A stretch of DNA of 60,700 bases, filler included, from Catajapyx aquilonaris (taxonomy: Eukaryota): assembly GCA_000934665.2 (NCBI GenBank). It is 4 parts of 4 records of this genome, joined end to end, with 100 filler letters (N's around TTAATTAATTAA, not from the genome) between each part and the next. Parts side by side here need not be neighbours in the genome. Positions count along the whole stretch, not along the records: positions 1 to 15,098 come from JYFJ02007604.1; 3 more parts are not named here. The stretch is one strand, 5' to 3'. The translations under genes were made by a program, and so were the position numbers. Below, piece after piece: positions 1 to 10,273 of this stretch. The first letter of the stretch is position 1; every line of letters begins with the position of its first letter. The notes beneath the pieces are model-generated. The model saw nothing but the letters and a program-made list of their open reading frames with translations, did not search any database and had not been told where the DNA came from.

Positions 1-264
1 CTGTCACTCACCTCGAAACAATAGATCTGGGATTCACGGGAGTGTGACCTTGACCTGTGGAGGTCAGGACGGAGGTCAAAGGTCAAGGTTGCCCAGTAAC
101 AATCGCATATACACTACTTTTATCATCCCTTCTTACACGACTGTCTTCCCATAGATTATGCGACTCTACACGCTTCTCAGCGTTCCCCTCAAGAATGTGA
201 AGATGCCGGAAAAAATAATTATTTCGAATGTTGTTACTTGTGGAAAATAAAAATGTCTTGAAAC

Positions 265-423
265 ATGGTGTCTCTTTTTTTTAAAGGGGAGAAACCTGTC
301 TCAAGGTTATGCGAACCAGATGGCAGTTGACCCGGTCTCTCTTTTTTTTTACAGGGGTTAAACCTAACATGTAACGTCTCTGATCAGCTGGTGTGGGCAG
401 GTGTCTCTTTTTTTTGTAGGGGT
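265..423. repeat. ~65-70 bp tandem repeat array that is the insertion target of the 424-5473 element (continues at 5474-5600)
   Basis: Unit GGTGTCTC-Tn-(AC)AGGGGTTAAACCTGTCTCA..ATGTAACGTCTC..CAGCTGG recurs on both sides and reads through once the element and one AGGGGT are removed. Confidence 0.75.
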
Positions 424-840
424 AGTAGTGGGCGAAGGGCATCTCCTAAGACACTTCCGGTCTGAATCTATTGTTCTCACTTCCGGTCTGAACACTTCCG
501 GTCTGAGGCCTCCTGAGGTCTATTCTTCCCCACTTCCGGTCTCGGTCACCTGTTTCCGGTGTAGGGGACCACCTAATCCATAAATTAGTCACCATGACAG
601 CTATCAATCACAGTTATTAATCAACGTATGTCAACATAACTTGACAACATGGTATGTATGTACCTGACGGACGTCACCCAACGCACATATGTCAATCCAT
701 CCAACGTATGTCAACGTATATATGTCATGTAACGTATAGGCTATTTTTTAACGGGTACCCAGGTTACCATATGACAGCTATCAATCATACATGTGTCAAT
801 CTAACATCGCCCAACGTACGCAGCAACGTATGTCAACATA

Positions 841-1761
841 CGAGGGGGAATCAAATGAAAACGATAATTATTTTTTTTACAATTGTTCTACTATAATAAT
901 GATTGCGACAACTACACTATTTTTCCACATAGTCCCCTTGGCGTTTAATGCAAGTGCGCCACCTGGTAGGAAGCACCTCAATACCGCGGGAAAAAAATTC
1001 TTTCGATTGAGCTCGTAGCCAGTTGTGCACCGCCGCTTCCACTTCATCATTGGAGAGGAACTTCTTTCCTCCTAGGACTGCTTTCAATGGTGTCAAAGAT
1101 GTGGTAATCAGATGGTGCTAAGTCGGGCGAGTATGGGGGGATGTGGCAGACACTTCAGAGGCTACTTCTTCCAGTGTGACACAGCGGTTTTCTTGAATCA
1201 GTCCATCCACTGCTGCTATGGACTCTGGTGTCACTGCACGATGCGCCTGGCCAGCCCGGCCGAGGCTGTCTCGAGTTGAACTCGAGGATGCGACTCTGCG
1301 TGACGTCAAAATGACGTATGCACACCAATCCGGGGCAGGGGAGGCACCCAGCCTACGTCATTTTGACGTCACGCAGAGTCGCATCATCGAGTTCAACTCG
1401 AGACGTCGGGGTCCAGTATACGGGTCCTGTTGTGAATTTTTTTTCCACCACGCGTACACTCGCTCCTGCGACATGCACACGTCCCCGTATTTCAGGGCCA
1501 TCCTGCGGTGGATTTCGATTGGCTTAATCCCTTAACTCCACAAAAATCTCACGACGGCCCGCTGTTCTTCTTTGGTGCACTTCGTAAGTGTCGCCGCCAT
1601 CTTGTGATGGCTGTTGGCTGACTCCAATGCCATCTAGTGGCACCTACTTTTACTACTTGATCCACTATAGTTCTACCATTGTGTATGTAAGGTTTCAAGC
1701 GGCCAGGACGAATTTTGGATTTTTCAGGACACTTTTATCGTTTTCATTTGATTCCCCCTCG
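841..1761 (-). mobile_element. Internally deleted mariner (Tc1/mariner) element
   Basis: TIRs CGAGGGGGAATCAAATGAAAACGATAA at both ends. TA TSD (839-840, 1762-1763) is confirmed by the empty site in the right Maverick TIR. Minus-strand remnants MAATLTKCTKEEQRAVVRFLW, VDGLIQENRCVTLEEVA, HPPYSPDLAPSDYH and RQGDYVEK*. Confidence 0.92.
1268..1404. mobile_element. Palindromic MITE-like insert inside the mariner
   Basis: ~50-bp near-perfect inverted arms (GTCTCGAGTTGAACTCGA..GTGACGTCAAAATGACGTA) interrupt the transposase remnant. TSD is ambiguous. Confidence 0.7.
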
Positions 1762-2113
1762 TATATCCACCTAATCATGCTCTTGAGACCAACTACCTCA
1801 CCTGTTGATCATGAGAGGCCATCTAGCGGTGGCCCTGGTAAACCAAACAATTATGCACAAGAAGGTGGGTGTGTAGAGCAATCCATCTAGCGGTACCAAC
1901 TAGGACAACACCATCTAGCAGCAGCTGGACCTTGATCACTTGTTAGCTAATAAACAACCTCACCTGCATCGTATCCATACCTGTTATGCCGAAACCACCT
2001 GGAGGTCACCCACAAGGAGTAAAACGTGTGGTTTGAGGTCATACAATGAGACGAGAATTGCTACTTTTTTATTATTCTTTAAGTCTACAAGACTGTTATC
2101 ATCTGCAAAGAGA

Positions 2114-2129
2114 TAATAATAACAATAAC

Positions 2130-2187
<58 letters not shown>
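2114..2187. repeat. (AAT)n microsatellite
   Basis: Directly visible; the same position relative to the gene in the related element (10632-10692). Confidence 0.95.
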
Positions 2188-2189
<2 letters not shown>

Positions 2190-2195
2190 AACCTC

Positions 2196-2438
2196 TCAGA
2201 AGTCATCAACGTGTTGTGGTTGTTGTTGCTGTGGTTGCTGTTGCTGATGTCGTTGTTGCAACTGTTGTTGATGTGATATTATCCCCACAACAGCTGCTCC
2301 AAGACGATTTTCGCAATGCCCTCGGATACGTCTCATTAAGCCATAAAGTAAAAAGAATAAAAGTACCGTGGTTGATGTGATTGTCACGATTAAGATTACT
2401 TCGATCCATTCACACGCAACTAATGGTCGTGGGTCCAT
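2196..2438 (-). CDS. 80-aa single-pass transmembrane microprotein with polyQ tail (element cargo, copy 1)
   Basis: Hydrophobic WIEVILIVTITSTTVLLFFLLYGL, then basic residues and polyQ. Predicted 98-bp GT-AG 5'UTR intron at 2440-2537 and AATAAA downstream. Conserved homolog at 10702-10926. Confidence 0.65.
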   Translation of the reverse strand: MDPRPLVACEWIEVILIVTITSTTVLLFFLLYGLMRRIRGHCENRLGAAVVGIISHQQQLQQRHQQQQPQQQQPQHVDDF

Positions 2439-2833
2439 TCTGTGATTAAAAAAATTGTTTTAGATACAGAATAATTTGCACACAAATAACACGCACCTCT
2501 TAAATGATCAACCTATCTCCGCAAATGAATCTCTTACCAGCAATTATAGCTGAACGTGAATAAATCATTTCCGGGTTGCTGAGACCCGATGAGCAAATCC
2601 CACGCTTCATTTTTTCATACCAGCACATTTTCTCATAAGACGAAAAAAAACGTCACGTAGCACAGACCCACTCATGTTTATACAGCTTAAATAATGCTAA
2701 TAATTTACCTAGGGTTATGTTTGGAGTATGATAGTATAGTTAAATTAAAACGGGATGTCAGCACTTGGAAAAAGCCACCCAACCAACCGATCATTTTCCA
2801 TTAGGCCACACCCCGTCAGTTTTATATTTACAA

Positions 2834-4755
2834 CTAGGAAAACCCTCGCTCCGCTCGAATTTTCCTAGGGCGCAGGCCTAGAAAACCACTCGCTTCGCTC
2901 GCTCTTCTCTAGGCCTGCGGCCTGCGGTGTAGGCCATGTTCTTAATGATGCTCATCCAACAATTATGATCCGCATCATACTCCCCTCCCCCCGACCTCTC
3001 TCCCACCTGCCTCCCCCCTCCTTATATTAAACCTTTGACGCTTAAGTAGGCTACATAATAATTATTACGATGTTCTGAGGGCTTTTGAAATTGGCGCGCG
3101 TGGATGTGCATAGAGAAGGCGAACTTTGCGGTGCGGCCGGTGCCAAACCCGGTTCAATAATATGCTCCTGCCATCTCTTGGATGGTGACTCAACTACTAT
3201 AGCAACTCCTGATTCCCCCCGCCCCTCTGTTCCCGCCAAGTTGAGTCGTGTATGCCAAGGTCACGTTGCTCCCTCCCAAGTGATCGTTTATGTAAACATG
3301 TTCCCTCAGTACAGGGTGTCCCGTAAAGTCTGGACCCTTGGAAGTTTATCATAGTAGCCTACAGTGTTGTGGTAATATTATGTAACCATAAGAACAATGT
3401 ATAGTGCAGTGGTTTCCAACCTTTTACCAACTGCGACCCCTTAAAACATGTTTCCATAAATGTACGACCCCCACCCACTCCCCGGCCCCTGCTACAACTG
3501 ACCCATTTCCAGAAAACATACACTCTGTACGGCCGCAAAAATGGTTCAAGTTACACAGAAATTGCAAAAACAAAACAAAAATGAACAAAGGCTCGCGACC
3601 ATCCGCGACTGCCGGCGACCCCCAGGTTGGAAACCACTGGTATAGTGACTGAGTAAACTGTTAGGCCTCTCGACTTTCTGAGAGCCGGACGATTCTAAAA
3701 AAGTTGCTTTCCGGGCCACCCTGTAGATGATTTTTTCCCTTGGCATTTTACAATGAAAAGGACCACCACGAATTTAAATGATTAATTTTGTCGCAAAGTT
3801 GTTATTCATTAACATCACTCCTACATCGAATTTTGAACAAAAAGAAGGAAAGAGACGGCCCAAAAACCTGCCAATTGTTGGTTGCCAGTTGTGCCAACTC
3901 ACCCTTTTCTGACTTTTAACAATAACCTGCCAGTTGGCACGATTGGAAAACCAAAAATATTACATTCCAGGCTAATAATTCGAACGTGGGAGGTTTGCAA
4001 TAACCCGCCTTCTGACGTTCGATTCTACGTATTCGACGGTATATAGTCAGTTTCCGACACTACGCGGAAAGAATAGTGCCTCGAAGACAGTGTCCTGTAC
4101 TTCGCACCTGTGAAAGCACCGCGCATGGGTAGGCCTATACTATACGCGCGCACATCCAAAGCAGTCCGACCAATAATGCTAACGTTTCGAGTCAAGTATA
4201 CGGGACATTCGCCGAATCAATTAGGAAACAGTACCTGCGGCTTGCCGGCCCTTTGATTCGTTGTTTTTCTTCTGGGGAAGTGACCCGGAATTTAATTCCT
4301 CGAGCTTGATTAGAATACAGATGGGTTACAGATGGGATTGTCATCGGTCAGGTCGAATCGTAAGTTGCTAGGTTACGAACAAATTGATTCGGCGAATGTC
4401 TTGGGTAATACTTGACATGAGCCACCAGGGACCCGCCGCGGCGAGGGTGCGGGGGAGGCAGGGTGGCTGGGGAAGGGGAGAAGCGAGGAGGTCCGGCAGG
4501 ACGGTGACGGTGACGGGAGAGACCGGGGGAAAAAGCGACCATCACCCACGGAGGTCAACACGCAACTGGACGTGTTCCACCTCCATTGCGCATGCTCGGA
4601 ACGGGGGCCAATCGGAGGCGTCGTGGTAACAATGCGCCATGGATACGACGCAGCAACAATGGACGGGGGCCAATGGGAAGAGGTGGCGGCAACAATACGG
4701 GGGCGGACCAATCAGAGGGCTCGGCCGCGCTCCGCAAGGATTTTAGTATTATAGA
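2834..4755 (-). mobile_element. Non-autonomous Helitron nested in the Maverick-like element
   Basis: Minus strand begins A|TCTATAATACTAAAATCC (4755) and ends CGAGCGGAGCGAGGGTTTTCCTAG|T (2834). Subterminal hairpins at 2834-2920; A/T insertion site without TSD. Confidence 0.6.
3407..3639. mobile_element. hAT-type MITE
   Basis: TIR CAGTGGTTTCCAACC / GGTTGGAAACCACTG and 8-bp TSD GTATAGTG (3399-3406, 3640-3647). Confidence 0.9.
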
Positions 4756-5674
4756 TAACTCTGCATATCTCTTATATATTCACCATTCACTTACATCATT
4801 ATTCATGTATTATGGAAAATTTTACTGCTATAGAAGTCCTGCTATGAATTTTTCAAAAAAGTTCAAAATGCATGCCAGCTTTCGGTCCGCTGCGTGCCTG
4901 ACAATTGGTGATTGTAAGTGTTCGTCTAGATCATTATTTTAAAATTATAAAGAACCTTCTTGTGCATAATTGTTCGGTTTACCAGGGCCACCGCTAGATG
5001 GCCTCTCATGATCGACAGGTGAGGCAGTTGGTCTCAAGAGCATGATTAGGTGGATATATGTTGACATACGTTGCTGCGTACGTTGGGTGATGTTAGATGG
5101 ACACATGTATGATTGATAGCTGTCATATGGTAACCTGGGTACCCGTTAAAATATAGCCTATACGTCACATGACATATATACGTTGACATACGATGGATGG
5201 ATTGACATATGTGCGTTGGGTGACGTCCGTCAGGTACATACATACCATGTTGTCAAGTTACGTTGACATACGTTGATTAATAACTGTGATTGATAGCTGT
5301 CATGGTGACTAATTTATGGATTAGGTGGTCCCCTACACCGGAAGCAGGTGACCGAGTCAGGAAATGGAGAAGAATAGACCTCAGGAGGCCTCAGACCGGA
5401 AGTGTTCAGACCGGAAGTGAGAACAATAGATTCAGACCGGAAGTGTCTTAGGAGAGGCCCTTCGCCCACTACTAGGGGTTAAACCTGTCCTCATCATGTA
5501 TCTCTGATCAGCTGGCAGGGACAGGTGTCTCATTTTTTCACAGGGGTTAAACCTGTCTCAACATGTAACGTCTCAGCTGGTAGGGAAACCGGTGTCTCTA
5601 GCACACCTATCCACAACCCTGTTCCAACACTGTAAAGTCTTTCTCATTCGTCAATTTCAACTCAGTATGTCACC

Positions 5675-6335
5675 ATGACTCTTCGAGTGACTTTGTACGT
5701 GAAGGTTAGGCCCCACACCTGTGTCAAAATGTGGAAGGATAAAAAAGTTATTGATTTCTGGAGGAATCATGAGGAAGTGATACATGACGAGGATCTCATC
5801 CCACCGGATATGGAACACACCTACACACCTTGCCAGTTTAGCGCCTTTACTTGCATTTGTAAACTGAAGAGGAAGAGGCAACTGTCATTTTTGGGTGGAA
5901 TTTCATGGTACACCTGCCCGGATATTGCGGGGCAGGATACACTCCGTCCTGGCTTGGTAAGTATGGGTCATTATTTAAATTAGATTGTCACTCAAATTAT
6001 TTCTGTTACAGATGATCACGTACACTAAGAAGGTGGGCCTCCCCCTCCTTGACATGACAAGAGAATTGGATGGTGACTTCTCGGATCAAGTGCCTAACTT
6101 AAAACGTATGAGTAAAAATGGTTGGTACTCTGGGGAACCGTTGATTAATTTTGTAAAGCAACTGCGAGCAGCTTCAAATCTGTCTCCAGCTTTAGAACAA
6201 TATAGGGACTTGTTCAAGGGGCTGAGGGATGCAACACTTCGTACGTGCATTGTTGAACACGAGTCATATCTAACACTAACTGAACTGATTTTTAATCCTA
6301 TGCTGTCAACTTGTAATGAAGCATCAGTAGTATGA
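5675..6335 (+). CDS. Putative 201-aa orphan protein, two exons (5675-5956, 6012-6335)
   Basis: Two adjacent ORFs join in frame through a 55-bp phase-0 intron GTAAGT...TTTCTGTTACAG (5957-6011). TCAGT initiator-like motif at ~5662. No recognisable domain. Confidence 0.55.
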
Positions 6336-6495
6336 AAAATCGGAGTCCCATGCCAGGAGGGTGGTAAGATCTTTGAGGGGTATGCACCCCGCAATACATG
6401 TGCAGATCCCCCAGGGGTATGCAACCATGCGATGGGTTGCGGGTTGCCTACCCCTCAAAGATCTGACCACCCTCCTGGCATGGGACTCCGTTTTT
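6335..6495. repeat. ~60-bp-arm inverted repeat (foldback/MITE-like)
   Basis: CGGAGTCCCATGCCAGGAGGGTGGTAAGATCTTTGAGGGGTA pairs with 6437-6495; a partial third copy lies at ~6517. Confidence 0.8.
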
Positions 6496-6558
6496 GGTCA
6501 CCCTGATATAGTAGACCGGAGTCCTATGCCAGCAGGGTTACCACCATTGTTGTGAAGC

Positions 6559-7316
6559 AGTGTTGCCAATAGATGAAAATAACGGCTATTTAGAATAGCA
6601 TATAGCGGATAGCAGATGGATCGGAAATTTTTACATAAAGCAGCTATTTATTGAAAGAGCTATTTTGGCCAAGTAGCTGCTATTTCTTAATAGCTATTTT
6701 GAGGGCATCCGAATGGCTAATGGCTATTTAGGGTGCGTTCAGATGGCTGTACACGGGGGTATTATTAATAACCATTTTGGGCGCATCCGAATGGCTAATA
6801 GCTATTTCGGGTGCATTCGGGTGGCTGTGCAAGGTTACTCCAGATTAATATTATTGTATAGTTAGAGTCTACAGCTTTATTTTGAACATTGTTGCCAGAT
6901 GTAAATATTCTGATTTTGAGTTATAATTGCTATTTTGAACATGTTTTACATAAGATGAATTCTGGCAGATAAGGTAAGTACGTGTGGGGTTGCCAGATTT
7001 AATGTTAGGTTAATAACATCATAATTAAGCAATATATTAGCCTCCTCAAGTGCCAGGGGCTCATCACGGATCGAGAGGTAGTAAACCCACACATGTACAG
7101 CTGACAGAGGAATAATGCTGAGTATAGGCTTTCATGCCATGGCAGGCAAGAGAGCTGGACTCTGACCGTGAAGGATGGCCACCAGTTGTTGATGTTTTTT
7201 TAATGCATTGGTGGCAGACGGCGAAATAATAGAATAATGCTATAAGGCTTGTGAAGGCGAGTACAGGTTTAATATTTATGATGGATGTTGAAGCATGGAA
7301 AAATAATAATTAAAAA

Positions 7317-7373
<57 letters not shown>

Positions 7374-7570
7374 TTGAACATTGTTGCCAGATGTACTTAT
7401 TCTGGCAGATAAGGTAAGTATATACGTGTTGGGTTGCTTAATAACTATTTTGAGTGCATCCGAATGGCTAATAGCTATTTTGGGTGCGTTCAGACGGCTG
7501 TGCAAGGGGTGTATAGTTAGAGTCCACAGCTTTATTTTGAGCATTGTTGCCAGATGTACATATTCTAATG
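6559..7570. repeat. Complex repeat block with an (AAT)n tract at 7318-7373
   Basis: GCATCCGAATGGCTAATAGCTATTT..GGGTGC units at ~6705, ~6783 and ~7456; repeated GTTGCCAGAT and CTGGCAGATAAGGTAAGTA. Confidence 0.75.
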
Positions 7571-7692
7571 CGTGCGCGATCAGAGAGAGGTACCTAGTAA
7601 ACACGACGAAAGGATCAACTAATTTTGCTACATTATCATATCTGTTTTATTTCCTTCACATACATTCACATAAATCAAATATAATCAATCAT

Positions 7693-8076
7693 TTAATCTA
7701 ATTGAAAACTTGCAACTCTGCACTCAGCTTCATTGTCATCTTGGAATTCTACCCATTGTGTAACATCTGACGCAAGAAAAACATCTTTACCTAGTACAGG
7801 TAGACCATCATATCCTTTCAAAATATGGAACTGATGTTTTATTGTTTGTGTGCCCCATATTAACTCCATGTCTCTGACAGTTAGGATTTCGTACAACACC
7901 CCATCTACTTCTACCTCCATTCCGGAAGTATTGATCATGTTTTGAATGTCATTCATCTTACTCCAACTTCCAACTTCATTTTCTGACATGACGCTTACGT
8001 CAACCTTCTGGTCCATCTTCATGCACATTGGAACCCTCACCTCTGCAATTATTCCTGTCATTCTTCTTTTCTTTGT
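7693..8076 (-). CDS. Retropepsin-like (aspartic protease fold) protein with degenerate catalytic motif; last exon
   Basis: MKMDQKVDVSVMSE aligns by eye to hhDTGADVSVIS, and HQFHIL..LPVLGKDVFL to FxV..ILGxDFL. In-frame TTTTCAG acceptor precedes 8076; ATG at 8061; AATAAA at 7646-7651. Confidence 0.55.
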   Translation of the reverse strand, partial: TKKRRMTGIIAEVRVPMCMKMDQKVDVSVMSENEVGSWSKMNDIQNMINTSGMEVEVDGVLYEILTVRDMELIWGTQTIKHQFHILKGYDGLPVLGKDVFLASDVTQWVEFQDDNEAECRVASFQLD

Positions 8077-8581
8077 CTGAAAATGATTACATTAGCATTA
8101 GTCATCATTGAACGTTAACATTAAACTCATATAGTTAGGAACATGTAACAAAATGTATACAAAATCATAACATCTCAGAAGTTGGTAATAGGACCGTTCT
8201 AGGACACTTCCGGTCATTGTTCTCACTTCCGGCCACCTGTTTCCGGTCTACTTCAGGTCCACTTCCGGTCTGAACTTCCGGTCTGAACTTCCGGTCACCT
8301 GTTTCCGGTGTAGGGGGCCACCTAATTGACAGCTGTCAATCAATCAACGTGTGTCGACGTATGTGGGACGTCAATCAACGTGTGTCGACGTATGTTGGAC
8401 GTCAATCAACGTGTGTCGATGTATGTCGGACGTTAATCAAACGTTACCAACGTATATATGTATGAGGCTATTTTTTCCCCATTTTAAACTATGGTACATC
8501 TATTTATTGTACTCGGTTGGAGACCTATTGTCACTAAAAAAAAAACACAACCACCTGAGAATCAATGTTGCCAATCTGGAA

Positions 8582-8731
8582 TGCAATGAGATTTTTTTTG
8601 TTACAAGCACTGTACAGAATGCGGGGTTAATATAGTTCATGAAATAATTTTTTTGGTTGCAATGAGATTTTTTTGTTACAAGCACTGTACAGAATGCGGG
8701 GTTAATATAGGTCATGAAATATTTTTTTTGG
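8582..8731. repeat. ~76-bp direct tandem duplication
   Basis: TGCAATGAGATTTTTTTGTTACAAGCACTGTACAGAATGCGGGGTTAATATAG occurs twice. Confidence 0.9.
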
Positions 8732-8827
8732 TAAAACAATAATTTGTAACAGACACCTATTTATTGTACTCATCTAGCGGTACACCATCTGTTGTCAACA
8801 GCTAAAAAAAACAAGGCCACCTAACAA

Positions 8828-10273
8828 CAGTGCTGTCCATTTCTTGGTTTTTGCCAACATCAGGTAAAACGATAGCATCGGATCGCATAAATCCACTCCC
8901 CCCATGTACGGGTTGTACCTCTTGACAAGAGCAGGGCACTTCAAGGATATGCGTTTGCCATCTTTTTTAGACCAACGTTCACATTGCCCTTCAGGTTGGA
9001 TGCCAACCTCAGTGGACATTATCAACAATGATTTGCTGTCCATCCACTTAACAAGTACGATGGTCTCGTCTTCACGGACAACCTGTACAGAGGTACCACG
9101 ACCCTTTTTTAAGAAGCTTGTCCAGGGGCAACTTTTTCGTCACTGCTTTTGGGATAAGATTAGCCTTGATAGGGCCAGTGCCATACAGGTTCATTTCCCT
9201 TAGTCTATCCGGTAACTGCACGGTAGTGAAATACCGATCAAAGTAAAGTCTCGTTCCTGGTGGCAAAGTCTTGACAAGATGCAACACAGCGTTACCACCC
9301 ACTCCCAACCCTGCGTTTTCCTGAAACGTGCCAGCTCCTTGGTATGTAATGAAATCCAGAACCAGTCCATTTGGATTGGCCAACACAAACAGCTTGATAC
9401 CCACAGGATTTGGCTTGCCATGAACAATTTGTCTTACTTCACATCTCCCAGTGAATGGTACAATCTGCTCGTCAATGCATGTATCTTTACTGCGTGGGAG
9501 TGCCTTGCAGGTGCTAAGGAGCATGTTAATCATGGGCCTTACTTTCCATAGCCGATCTGCCTCTCGCTCGTCTTTGCTCACCTCATGGTCGAGGACAAGT
9601 TTGAGATGGGATCTGAACATTCTTTTACTTTGCCACCTGACTGGTCTGCTACCACCATCCACATGAGCTTTCGCCTCTTCTTCTTCACTGCCATTTTCAT
9701 CGTTGCTGTCGCTGCCACTAGCTTCATCATCTGTGGCGACGTCCAAGTCAGAGTCATCCAACAGCTCTAATATGCCATCAGGAACCAAAGCAGGCCTAAC
9801 CCTGTTGGTGCGGGTTCGATCTAAGTGAATGGGAGGAATGGAAGTTCAGTACACGGTTTACTTAAAAAAATTCAGGAACAATGTAGTTCTTCAGACCCAA
9901 AGTATAGTATTATATACATTCGATAAAACACATTCCATGTCATAACCACATGTACAACTACTGATTTTTCGACTTGATTATGATTAACTGAACATCCCAA
10001 AAGCAGGTTCATGCGCTAAAAACATCATAAAAAATTTACCATATAAATAAAATGAAATACTAACTGGCATGGCTTGGACCCGGCGTATTCACTTGTTCGG
10101 TATCCATCTTGACCAAGGTTGCCAGGCGAAGACGAGCTTGGAAAAATATCCACTAGATGGACGAATTCGTCTATTACACGGTGCAATCGGTCTGAGGCGC
10201 GCACACTCTTTTAGTTACAAATGAATAAATTGAAACCTGGTGTATAGTATTCTATACAAAAGGTCTCTAGAGG
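8828..10273 (-). pseudogene. piggyBac (PGBD2/3-like) transposase remnant with 5' element end
   Basis: DDD motifs IDEQIVPFTGR, FDRYFT and YNPYMGGVDLCD, plus KPNPVGIKLF. Frameshift near 9090, apparent internal deletion and 3' truncation. Candidate terminus ATAA|CCTCTAGAGACC at 10273. Confidence 0.9.

Larger units (their letters stand above)
424..5473. mobile_element. Non-autonomous Maverick/Polinton-like element with 520-bp TIRs and 6-bp TSD
   Basis: Starts AGTAGTGGGCGAAGGG (424) and ends CCCTTCGCCCACTACT (5473). AGGGGT flanks both ends (418-423, 5474-5479). Left TIR is 424-840 + 1764-1866 (split by a mariner); right TIR is 4954-5473. AGTAGT termini, long TIRs and 6-bp TSD match known Maverick structure. 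No polB, integrase, capsid or ATPase ORF is visible. Confidence 0.8.

Noticed and set aside
654..896. Near-identical ORFs MYVPDGRHPTHICQ.. at 654 (+) and 5243 (-)
   Set aside because: They are the two TIR copies read through short TCAACGT repeats; no independent sign of coding.
2046..2276. PolyN/polyL ORF (also the polyY ORF 7269-7604 and ORFs at 15143-15421)
   Set aside because: Translations of microsatellites or antisense to the TM gene.
6326..6331. AGTAGT as another Maverick terminus
   Set aside because: Not followed by the TIR sequence and no partner end or TSD.
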